A stretch of 54,055 bases of DNA, counting the filler, from Stramenopiles sp. TOSAG23-3 (Eukaryota), in the NCBI GenBank assembly GCA_900128585.1. It is 4 parts of 4 records of this genome, joined end to end, with 100 filler letters (N's around TTAATTAATTAA, not from the genome) between each part and the next. Parts side by side here need not be neighbours in the genome. Positions count along the whole stretch, not along the records: positions 40,637 to 54,055 come from LT642627.1; 3 more parts are not named here. One strand, written 5' to 3'. Positions 41,553 through 51,700 of this stretch are shown here, piece after piece. Both the position numbers and the translations under genes were made by a program. Below the pieces are notes generated by a model. The model searched no databases. It saw nothing but the letters and a program-made list of their open reading frames with translations, and was not told the DNA's origin. Within the stretch, counting starts at the first letter, position 1; each line of letters opens with the position of its first letter.

Positions 41553-42599
41553 ATGCTCATGGCGGCAAAGTCGAAAGGGCGAAAAGCCAAACGTTTGACG
41601 TTGGCCGATATGATTCGAGACGCTGTGGACTCCGGAGGGGTGTTTTACAGCTTTGAATATTCGGCTGCAAGGGATCCAGTTCCCGAAGATTTGTACTCGC
41701 GAATAGAGAGGATGAAGGAATTGCGACCGACATGGATCGACGTTACCTGGGGATTCGGAAACGTTGGTCAAAAGTCCATCGACGCAGTCCGATATGTACA
41801 GAAGGAGTTGAAAATGCCCGTGCTGATGCATTTGATATGCACGGAGATGACCCGTACAAGTTTGGACGTCGCCCTGGAGACTGCAAGGTTGGCAGGGGTC
41901 CGCAATATTTTGGCACTGAGGGGGTACACCCAAGCAGGGTTCTCAAAGTGGCAGAAGTCAGAAGACGGCGACGGGACCGAGCCGCAGTACGCCTCAGAAT
42001 TGGTTGAGTACATAAAGAATAAATACGGGGACCATTTTTGCATCGGGGTCGCGGCGTTCCCCGAGGGTCACCCAGAAAGCGATGGGGATTTAGAGAAAGA
42101 CATTTATTACTTGAAAAAGAAAGTAGACGCTGGAGCGGAGTTTATAATTTGCCAATTTTGTTTCTCGTCTGCTGCGTTCAATGCTTTCCTTGGGCGAGCG
42201 CGCCTCGCCGGGATCACAGTTCCGATTCTGCCTGGCATAATGCCAATCACGAGCTACAGCAGTGCAAAGCTGCTGTCGCATACATGGGCAGTCCAGCTTC
42301 CCCCCGCGATAGAGACCAAATTGAAGGCTCACTCCCTAAACGGTGACGTTGACGCCGCTCGAAAATGCGGGCACAATTTTATTGTCGATTTGTGCAAAGA
42401 ATTGTTAACGTGCCGTCGTGCCGAAATGGAGAACAAGGATGATGGAGTGTCAAACCAACCGAACCCTCGTAGAAAACGTGGAAAAACGAAGGGGAAGGGG
42501 GGCAAGCAGAAGAACATCGTTGCCGAAGGAAAAGGGCTTCATTTCTTTGTCTATGACAGTGAATACGAAGTGAGGGCATTGCTGCGTGATTTAGTTTGA
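41553..42599 (+). CDS. Methylenetetrahydrofolate reductase-like flavoprotein, catalytic barrel only, divergent
   Basis: SFEY, PTWIDVTWG, MHLICT, GVRNILALRG, FCIGVAAFPEGHPE, YLKKKVDAGAEFIICQ, VPILPGIMPI, GLHF. No C-terminal SAM-binding regulatory domain. Start at 41553 or 41559. Confidence 0.88.
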   Translation: MLMAAKSKGRKAKRLTLADMIRDAVDSGGVFYSFEYSAARDPVPEDLYSRIERMKELRPTWIDVTWGFGNVGQKSIDAVRYVQKELKMPVLMHLICTEMTRTSLDVALETARLAGVRNILALRGYTQAGFSKWQKSEDGDGTEPQYASELVEYIKNKYGDHFCIGVAAFPEGHPESDGDLEKDIYYLKKKVDAGAEFIICQFCFSSAAFNAFLGRARLAGITVPILPGIMPITSYSSAKLLSHTWAVQLPPAIETKLKAHSLNGDVDAARKCGHNFIVDLCKELLTCRRAEMENKDDGVSNQPNPRRKRGKTKGKGGKQKNIVAEGKGLHFFVYDSEYEVRALLRDLV

Positions 42600-42780
42600 T
42601 ACAACAACAAAACTATAAAGGAAGTACCGAATAGCTTAACATCGAAGTGACCAAGTACTAAAAGTAAGCATGATGTGTAAAGGAAGTGTTCAAGTACAGG
42701 AATAAAGTAACGTACCATCCTCATCACCACCACTTCTTCTTTTCATATTATTAATTATATATTTAATAAATATTTCTAAA

Positions 42781-43287
42781 AAAGGAGAGAAGAAAGAAGA
42801 AGAAGAAGAAAAAAGAAGAAGAAAAAAGAAGAAGAAAAAAGAAGAAGAAAAAAGAAAGAAGAAGAAAAAAGAAGAAAAAAAAAAAAGAAGAAAAAAGAAG
42901 AAGAAGAAAAAAGAAGAAAAAAAAAAAAGAAGAAAAAAGAAAAAAGAAGAAAAAAAAAGAAGAAGAAAAAAGAAGAAAAAAAAAGAAGAAGAAAAAAGAA
43001 GAAGAAGAAGAAAAAAGAAGAAAAAAAAAGAAGAAGAAAAAAGAAGAAGAAAAAAGAAGAAAAAAGAAAGAAGAAGAAAAAAGAAGAAGAAAAAAGAAGA
43101 AGAAAAAAGAAGAAGAAAAAAGAAGAAGAAAAAAAAAGAAGAAGAAAAAAGAAGAAGAAGAAAAAAGAAGAAAAAAAAAGAAGAAGAAAAAAGAAGAAAA
43201 AAAAAGAAGAAGAAGAAGAAAAAAGAAGAAAAAAGAAGAAAGAAGAAGAAGAAGAAGAAGAAGAAGAAGAAGAAGAAGAAAGAAGAA
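42781..43287. repeat. ~500-bp A/G-only low-complexity (GAA/GAAAAA)n tract
   Basis: Essentially pyrimidine-free on the + strand. Confidence 0.95.
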
Positions 43288-43892
43288 TTTTCAACTATTT
43301 TCTTCTATTTTCATAAATAATAAATTTAAAAACTAATTTGAATTTTTATCTTAAGGTATATTATAAATTATATGATATAATAATTAGTAATGTCTATATT
43401 ATAATCTTATGTAACTGTAAATTCTTTATATTAAATATTAAAATAAAATATTTATACCTTAACTTAATATTTTAATTACAAAAAGTGAGAAATAATAATA
43501 ATTTTTTTTTGACTTTTTTTTTTCTTCTTCTTCTTGTGTGATAGTAGTACTATAATATAATACCGTACCGGGTATTAAAATCGAACAGACTCGAAGTGTC
43601 TTGTCTTGTGGTTGGGTCTTGTCTTTTTTCTTCCGGAGGAGGAGGAGGAGGAGGAGAGGAGGAGGGAGAGATTTTTTTATTATTATTAATTATATTCGAT
43701 TTATATTTATTATTGTATCATTTTTTTTTTATTGTGTCGGTCTTCTTTGTTTAAATAGTTGACATGTTTTCATTGTTCGTTTGTCTATTTCTTTTCCTTT
43801 CGAATCAGCAAGTGTAATCTACGTTTTGGATTGTGTTTGGTTTACCGTTTTGCGTATTACGCTTCACTGCAGTTCGGTTTTCCTTCGATATT

Positions 43893-46322
43893 ATGTCAGA
43901 AATAGTAGAAAACGAAAACAGCAACCCCGGGGGCGACGGTGGGGAGGCGGGCGTGCCGGTGCCCGCTTCAGACTCGGGCACGGTCGTGGAAAAGCCAAGG
44001 CACCGACGAAACCGGTCGTCGGTGGACGAAGTACTGAGCGAGAACAAGGAGGAGGCCCAGTCCCTCGGCATTCAGGTGAAAGCGGACGGCGGGGCGAAGG
44101 ATGACGGCGACGACGGCACGGCGTTGAGGGCGGGCTCGGAGAAGACGGGGGAGGCCCCAGAGTCGGGCTCGCTGCTGGGGGCGCTCCCGCCGCTGAAGAA
44201 GGGGGGGGCGGAGAGCGGCGAGAACGAGCCACTTGCCCAAGTCCCAGAAGACGAAGAGGTCTACCAGACCAGGCGCCTGTTCGGCTCCATGTGGTCCAGG
44301 GAGTCTTTTTACCCCCCGTCCCCCCTTGATATAGTTTTGAACAGCCCCGAGTGCACGTTGGAGAAGGTCATGGCGGAGGACGACATATTCCAGGAAATCC
44401 GGCGCTCAAACGGGAAACTGATAGCCTTTCTGATGCTCCCAGCGAACGTTTTGAAGATAATAGACTTTGCTACTATGGAGGAGGACGACTTGGAGGGGAA
44501 GGGGGGGGTCGAGGAAGGCATGGACCCGGCGTCCATGCTTCGGTACTCGTACGTCTCGTGCGCCCTTCTCTGCAGTGATGTGGGCTCGATCACCACGGCA
44601 ATGTTTGTGCCCATAGACGGGGATGACGGGGCGGCCGCGGTCGACCCTCTCGGGCGCCTGTTCGAGTGCATCAAACGACCCTCCCTGTCCCTGCGCGTGG
44701 CTTCGAATTTTGAAAAGATTGTAGAAAGTTTGCTGGTGTCCCAGCGCAAGCAATTTTTGGAGTGGTTGGTGCCCCGGCCGGAGAATTTGAAATTCTTCAT
44801 GCAGCACATAGGGAACAACTCCATGTCTGAAATATTTCGAAAGGTCCTGCACTTTGCGGACGGCGGGGACATCAACACGTCGGGGGACGGGCCCGGGGTC
44901 GACCTCTGGGACCGAACGGGGGGCAGTGGGGAAGGGAAGAATGCGGCGAGCCAGGACGATGAGGGAAAGCAGGGCACGGAGGAGGGGGCGGGCGGGCGGG
45001 CCCACCCCGTCATTGCCGCGCTCATTGGGAAGGTCGGGCAGAGCGGCCTTGCCCCCGCCGTGTACATGAACGTGATGGAGACGCTTGTAGATATTATCGT
45101 CCGCAGCACGGGGGAGACCACGTTCATGATGATGCAGCGGAACGAAGAGCCGAAGAACGAGGCGACCCGCCTCATGCGCGCGCTGGACGACGCGCACCAC
45201 GCCAAGCTGCTGGTGAACGAACTTATCAATGGGTGGGACTTCACGGAGACGGACGGGACCCGCGCCCGACTTCAGGTGCTGTCCCGGTGGCTGATGTGGG
45301 TCTCCCACAACTTGATGGTATCCGAAATCGAGAAGCGGCAGCTCGAGGACTCCGGGGTTCTCGCCGAAGCCGTGGAGGGGGGGCAGAAGGATGAGGCGCT
45401 GGCCCAAGCCGGCGAAATGCCGCCGTTGGTCAAAGTGCTCCTGGGCGCTTTCAAGTTCTTCTGCGACTCGCTGCAGCCCCGGGAAAGCCCCGGCGTGGGG
45501 GGGGGAGGCCCCGTCCCGTTCAAGACTACGTACGGGACCGCGACGATGAGGATCGGGAGGGTACGGGTGGAACTGATCGACCTCATGTGCCGGCTGGTGA
45601 CGGTTCCGCACGTGGACGTGGCAAAGGCCGTCGCGGACAGCGGCTTCATGGGCACATGCTTCGAGGTTCTCTTGAACTTTGAGTGGTGCAACATTGTGCA
45701 TGCGAAGATCACCCGGGCCATCGTCGCCATGTGCAACGACGTCAACAACTCGGTGTCCCCGGACGTGTACCGGTCGTTCTTCATTGAGTTCGACATTTTG
45801 AAAAAAATCCTAGACGTCTACGTGACGAACAGCGAGCGCCGGAAGACCCGGCACTACGAGTCCGGTTACATGGGTCACATGCACGTGATTGCCGCGTCAA
45901 TCGTGGAGACCGTCAAGATCCTGCGCCGCCAAGGGCTGGAACCCGGCGACAAGACGGCCGGCGAGATCATTCTCCAGGCGGTGGAGAACAACAACACCTC
46001 CTCCGAGTGGACCGTCTTTGTCGACATCACCCTGGGGGGAGTGATTCGCGTGCAAACCACGGCGCTTGGGAACGACAACAACTACAAAGCGGTTGCAAGC
46101 CCGAAGATGTCGCCCCAAGAGTTCGTCAAATTTGTCAAAGACGACCTCGATTTGGAGCTCGACGGCGACCTGACATTAAGCGGTGGCAGGCATGACGAGG
46201 ACGACAATGGGCCGAAACCCCAGGTTGTTCTCAGCCAGTTGTCGTTTGACGACGAGGATGAGGATGAGGAGCAGGCGGCCAACGATATCGGGGACAGTAG
46301 CGGCGACTCGTCGAAAAAGTAG
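43893..46322 (+). CDS. SIT4/PP6 phosphatase-associated protein (SAPS/PPP6R family)
   Basis: SPLDIVLNSPECTLEKVMAEDDIFQE..NGKLIAFL, RYSYVSCALL, HIGNNSMSE, IGRVRVELIDL, FEWCNIVH, GYMGHM..IA, WTVFV; acidic tail. First ATG at 43893. Confidence 0.92.
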   Translation: MSEIVENENSNPGGDGGEAGVPVPASDSGTVVEKPRHRRNRSSVDEVLSENKEEAQSLGIQVKADGGAKDDGDDGTALRAGSEKTGEAPESGSLLGALPPLKKGGAESGENEPLAQVPEDEEVYQTRRLFGSMWSRESFYPPSPLDIVLNSPECTLEKVMAEDDIFQEIRRSNGKLIAFLMLPANVLKIIDFATMEEDDLEGKGGVEEGMDPASMLRYSYVSCALLCSDVGSITTAMFVPIDGDDGAAAVDPLGRLFECIKRPSLSLRVASNFEKIVESLLVSQRKQFLEWLVPRPENLKFFMQHIGNNSMSEIFRKVLHFADGGDINTSGDGPGVDLWDRTGGSGEGKNAASQDDEGKQGTEEGAGGRAHPVIAALIGKVGQSGLAPAVYMNVMETLVDIIVRSTGETTFMMMQRNEEPKNEATRLMRALDDAHHAKLLVNELINGWDFTETDGTRARLQVLSRWLMWVSHNLMVSEIEKRQLEDSGVLAEAVEGGQKDEALAQAGEMPPLVKVLLGAFKFFCDSLQPRESPGVGGGGPVPFKTTYGTATMRIGRVRVELIDLMCRLVTVPHVDVAKAVADSGFMGTCFEVLLNFEWCNIVHAKITRAIVAMCNDVNNSVSPDVYRSFFIEFDILKKILDVYVTNSERRKTRHYESGYMGHMHVIAASIVETVKILRRQGLEPGDKTAGEIILQAVENNNTSSEWTVFVDITLGGVIRVQTTALGNDNNYKAVASPKMSPQEFVKFVKDDLDLELDGDLTLSGGRHDEDDNGPKPQVVLSQLSFDDEDEDEEQAANDIGDSSGDSSKK

Positions 46323-46487
46323 TTAACATCTAGATAAGAGAGCATCATCAATTTTGTTGTGTTACCTCGTACACTTTTTAAGAATTATTTTACAAAAATT
46401 CTTTTCTTTTGAAAACACTAAATTTTCAGTTTATCTCTCTCAAGCTAAGAATATTTATTACCTGCGCCCACCCACCCCAAACAAAAA

Positions 46488-47189
46488 TCACAGCGACGAC
46501 GCGGTCGCATTGCCACAGCTTTTCTCAGACTGGTCCACGATTGTCACTTTGAACCCACTGTCCATGTACACGCCCAAGCCGCGGTCTCTGGCAAGCTGCA
46601 GAATACGGTCAATGTACGCCTTTCCCGGATTCCGCTGCCTGGAGTAAAAATTGATGCCGACAAAATCCACGTGGTTCATTTTCTGCACGCACTGCAATTC
46701 CAAAACAAAATCGTAATAGGTTCCCGAGGGGTCAAGAATGAAATCGACAATAGTGTCCGGGATCCAGCCGTGCTGCGGTGTTATGTTGAACTTGTTGCCC
46801 CACCACCCTTTCAGTTCTCCAGGAGTGTCCGTCAGGCCGAACCGCAAGGCCGGGCTGTACTTTGCCCCAAAACAGTCGATGGTGAAGGTGTCGTTTATCT
46901 GCTTTCGCTTTGTGTCAAACGTCTTCTTCGACGTGATGCACTTCGGGTTTGGGCAGCTTGGCTTTTGCGTCCAATCGTGGAACGCAAGCTCGTAGTAGAG
47001 AAATCCACCCGGCGCTGCTGGGGCAAACTTTGACATATTGAACGTCCGCGGAACTTTCCGAGGGTCTTCTTTGTTGGTCGCCCACAATTCCGAGGAAGAG
47101 GGGCATGTTGTGAAGTTAAACGTTGCTTGACCAACGTCCACAAGGACAACGGCTAAGAGGAGGGCGAAGAGACGGGCGGCGTAGACCAT
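46488..47189 (-). CDS. Secreted lipocalin-like protein
   Basis: Signal peptide MVYAARLFALLLAVVLVDVGQA; SCR1-like FNMSKF..YYELA; SCR3-like INFYSR; six Cys; N-glycosylation sequons. Confidence 0.65.
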   Translation of the reverse strand: MVYAARLFALLLAVVLVDVGQATFNFTTCPSSSELWATNKEDPRKVPRTFNMSKFAPAAPGGFLYYELAFHDWTQKPSCPNPKCITSKKTFDTKRKQINDTFTIDCFGAKYSPALRFGLTDTPGELKGWWGNKFNITPQHGWIPDTIVDFILDPSGTYYDFVLELQCVQKMNHVDFVGINFYSRQRNPGKAYIDRILQLARDRGLGVYMDSGFKVTIVDQSEKSCGNATASSL

Positions 47190-47921
47190 CTGACGGTGTT
47201 CTTCTGTTTGATGATGGTAGGTTACTATTTTATGTTTGTGAAGAGGGGCGGGGGGGGGGGGGGGGAAAAATGTGAAAAGAAAGAGTCTTGAGTCTTGAAT
47301 TGAGAATGGAATCAAATGCGCAAGAAAGGACGAAAGCATTTTCTACTGATGATAAAATAATAAAATAATGAACAACAACAACTCTGTCTGTCTACTGGTA
47401 TTACATGAATACAGCATCTACATTTATACTTTTTTTGTGGTGGCCATGACGGAAGAAGAAAGAAGAAGAAGAAGAAATTTGGGTTAAATTATTTATTTAA
47501 GGGTTTAGGTAATGGTAAGATATAATAAAAACAAAATAGAATTGATTTAATATTGAAAGAATTACTCTAATGAAACCAAATTGATTGAACTTCATATTAA
47601 TAATTCCTTAACTAATGTTAGTTAATATTAAATCTTTTTTTTCCTCTTTTCTTCTTTGTTGGAATTCATTCTCCACAATTTCATCAATCGCTTTGCTATG
47701 TTTATGTTAATTAGAAGAAGAAGAAATGAAACTGAAATGAAACTGGAATATAAAAGAGGCCATCCAATTCAAACTTATCAAATATTTCCTATATTATATT
47801 GTAGTATTAAACTTGTTATAATATAGAAATACTGTCTAGAAGAAGACTATCTGATAGAAACTCTTCTTAAAAATAAGTTAGGAATCTTGAAAATCTTGTA
47901 GACACTATGGCTATGGTATTT

Positions 47922-47985
<64 letters not shown>

Positions 47986-48004
47986 GTCGAAAGAAAGAAA
48001 AAAC

Positions 48005-48040
<36 letters not shown>
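47922..48040. repeat. (GAAA)n microsatellite
   Basis: Tetranucleotide run with a few interruptions. Confidence 0.93.
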
Positions 48041-48041
<1 letters not shown>

Positions 48042-48701
48042 GATAATACAAAAAATGGATAATTATTTTTTTAGTTTGATCTTGTTAGAGTTAGTTATAA
48101 TAAATAACTCTGGTGTCTTTTTTAAGATATTTTAAACCATTTATCTATTATTTACATAGAAATAGCATCTGGGATATACTCTCCGAGAGAGAAGGATTCC
48201 ACCTTTCTTCTTTCTTTTTTACAAAATGATGAACACTTATTATTTTATATGATCTCTTTGCTATAAGCCTATAATAAGCCAACAAAGGATCTTGTTTTCA
48301 GCACAAAAAAGATAGAAAAAGTCAGCGTTATTACAGTATTAATACAGTATAATATTTTATTAATTAACCACCAACCATCATCATCCAGCAGCGGCATTTC
48401 TTTTCTTCCTTTTTCTTCTTCTTTAGCTCTTCTCTCTCTCTCTATACTATTTCTATTATTATAATATTATTTATTATAATATATAGAAGTAGTTTAAGAT
48501 AGAAGATACCAAACTTCACCACTAACTTCTTAAACCACCAAGTCAAGTCAACAAATAGAAGAAGATCAACAATAACAAATACAACGACAATTAGAAATTA
48601 CAAACACTATAATTAAATGCAAACTGCAATTAACAACGAACGACAATTTGCAATTCTTTCTTTTCTTCCAATATCTCTTCTTTTTACGACCTTCTTACAA
48701 A

Positions 48702-51700
48702 ATGGATAAAAAAAACCGCAACACGTGGGCCGCTGCCACGGACCTGGAAAGTGGTGTGCGTCCGGAGACGACAGCAAAGCGCGCAGATCAAATTCGTGCA
48801 TTGTTGAAGAAAGACATCCTTTTGTTCAGACGAAGCAACGATATTCGCAACACCCTGCTGGCGTTGATTTACATATATATTATGTGCGGCGGATTGCTCC
48901 CTCTGATAGTGCCAGCTCCCAAATACCCCAACCAGGGAGTTTTGGCTGCCGAACCTGTGGATTTGTCCCTCCCTAAATTATTACGTCGAGAGATGAAATT
49001 TGCCTTCGCCCCGTGTCAAAGGGGGTGCCCAACGAACGAAAGCCTGGTGGACCTAATTGATGAAGCGGCGTGTTCCTCGGCGTACCGGATGCAGGTCAAG
49101 TTAAAAGAAAAGGGGTACAAGATCACGTGCTTCGAGGACCCAGAGGAAATGAATAGCGCCTTGATTGCAAAAGACGAAACGAAGAGGTACTCTGCAGCTG
49201 TGACTATACCGCAAACGCCCGAAACTGACCGAGCAGTGCCCTTTAACATAACCATGCTGAAGACTCGTATAGCGATTAAAAAAGATGACTTGCTGTACGA
49301 TGGTAACCTTGGAAGGCCCGTGAACGGTACGAGAAAGAAGTGGGTCGATAGCTACTTCGTCCATTTGCAACACGAGGTGCAAAGCACTATCTCAGAGTAC
49401 CTTGGGAAGGACGACGATCCCACTGTGCCACTGAGCGTAACATTGCGCGAGGCGCCATTTCATTCTTACTTACCACCCAACAGACCTAAAATAGATATTT
49501 TATCTGTTGCCGTGTTGATGCCACTGCTGGCCGTAATAATGGAAATCTCTCGTGTCCTTGAGGAGAAGAAGAAAAAGCTCCACGAGCACATTTGCAATTC
49601 TACCGGCGTCTCCGTCACAACCTTGGGGCTGAGCAACTTCGCGTTTGCGTCTTTCAAGGCCGCCCTGACTGGTGTCTTAGTTGCTTTGCTACTTTGGGCT
49701 GGTATGAACTCGAGGGTAGACATAACTGCTTTGATCGTGTTTGTGTTGTTCGCGTTCATAGCAGCAAGTGCCTTCGTGTCACTGCCCTTGGCGCTCGTAA
49801 GCAACAAAACGGTCGGGGTGGCTATTTCCGTTGCTCTTTTCTTTGCCATGGCATTCGCTGGGATGCCCGCAACAGCCCCTGGATCTCCGTTCGCGTTTTT
49901 AGGGTTGCTCTTTCCGGGTGCAACGTTTCACGTGGGTCTGCATCACATGCAACTGTACAGCGATAAACCGAGCCTCCCAAGCCTTTCATGGACCGAAATG
50001 TTTGTCCCCCATAGCAACGTGACTTACGGCATTCCGGTGTGTCTCCTGGCTCTCGTGGGTCAGACCGTCGTGTATTTGTTTCTTGGGCTGTATGCAATGA
50101 ATACTGTCGGTGGGAATGGTACCACGCCAAAACCTTGTTGCGGCGGTGGTCGTCGCAAGCCAAAAGCTGCCCCGGAGACTGAAATGGGGGTCGGCATGCA
50201 GGATTTGCGCGCCGGCCTCATGGACGGAGATTCACTCGTGCCAGCGGATGGTGGGCTGGCCGTGGAAGCAGTGGGCCCTGGGGCTGAAGTAGGGATTTCC
50301 ATACAAGGCCTGCGCAAAGACTATGGGGAGGTCCATGCCGTCGACGGTTTGACCGTCGATATGTACCGTGGGGAAATTACGGCTCTGTTGGGCCACAACG
50401 GTGCTGGCAAGACCACAACCATGCAAATTCTGACTGGCGGGGTGAGCCCAACTGCAGGGGATGCGACTGTTCTTGGGCACAGCATTGTTCACGACCTCGA
50501 TACAGTTCGAAAAAATGTAGCGATATGCCCACAGCACAATGTGCTTTGGGACAACTTGACCGTGGCAGAAAACATCCGATTCTTTGCCGACCTGCAGCGC
50601 ACTGGTGTGCTGGACGAAGAAATAGAGAGTATCGTGCGGAAAACAGATCTTGTGGACAAAGCGGACACGCGGAGCAAAGCCCTCAGCGGTGGCATGAAAC
50701 GAAAATTGTGCGTTGGGATGGCACTTATAGGGCGTCCGCGAGTCCTCATATTGGACGAGCCAACCGCTGGTTTAGACCCTGAAAGCCGCCGGGCCATGTG
50801 GGACATGTTGCAATTGGAGAAGAAGTCCAAGACGATTGTTCTCTGCACCCATCACATGGAGGAGGCAGACCTCCTGGGTGACCGGGTCGTTGTTATGGCG
50901 CACGGCAAGTTGCAAGTTGCTGGGTCCTCCGTGTTCCTTAAGCAAAAGTTCGGCATCGGGTACAACTTGGCTGTAGAGGTCAAAAAGACAGCTGGGGGGT
51001 TCAGCAAGGGTCGTGAACATGCGAGGAAACTGGTCCGCAATTACGTCCAAAGTGCTACAGTGCATGAATCAAGCATTCGGAACGCAAACGAAGTGCACTT
51101 CGACCTTCCGCTAGATGCCTCGGTGTCGTTCCCAGCACTCTTTGCTGCCCTGGAGAAGGACGAAGCGCAAGAGAGTTCGTTGGTCGTAAGCTATGGTCTG
51201 ACTATGCCCTCCTTGGAGGAAGTCTTCCTTAAGCTCGCCGATTTAGACCACGAGAATTGTGACCCTAACAGCGAAAAGTCTGTCAGCATTGACAAAGTAA
51301 GACGGGGAAGCGGTCTGTCGGAGTACGCAGCTCTCAAAGCAGGCGCAGACGTGTCGGACGGTTCACACCTGCCCTTGCACCGAGGGGTAGGGGGGCAGTT
51401 GCAGCAAATGCAGGCTCTGGGTCGAAAACGGATTTTGATGACGTCCCGAGACAAAAAGTCAGTGGCAGCCCTTGTCGCTATGCCGGTGTTTTACATCCTT
51501 TATGCCCTCGTTGCAGTGTTTATACAGGATATATATGTGAAGACCCTGACGTCTCCTGGGGTCACGCGAACCCTGACGATGGACGCAAGGGGGTACGGCG
51601 GCGAGGACTGGCAGGTTTCCAGCTTTCCAGAGAAGATTCGCGTCTTTCATACTGGGTCGACAAATCAATGGACAAATCAATGGAAGCCGCTCATCGATAA

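Noticed and set aside
42776..43294. 172-aa F/S/L ORF
   Set aside because: Translation of the homopurine repeat.
44309..45701. 311-aa and 431-aa antisense ORFs within SAPS
   Set aside because: Expected from high GC and codon bias suppressing antisense stops.
47480..47512. Telomere-like words GGGTTA / GGGTTTAGG
   Set aside because: Isolated single copies, not a tandem array.
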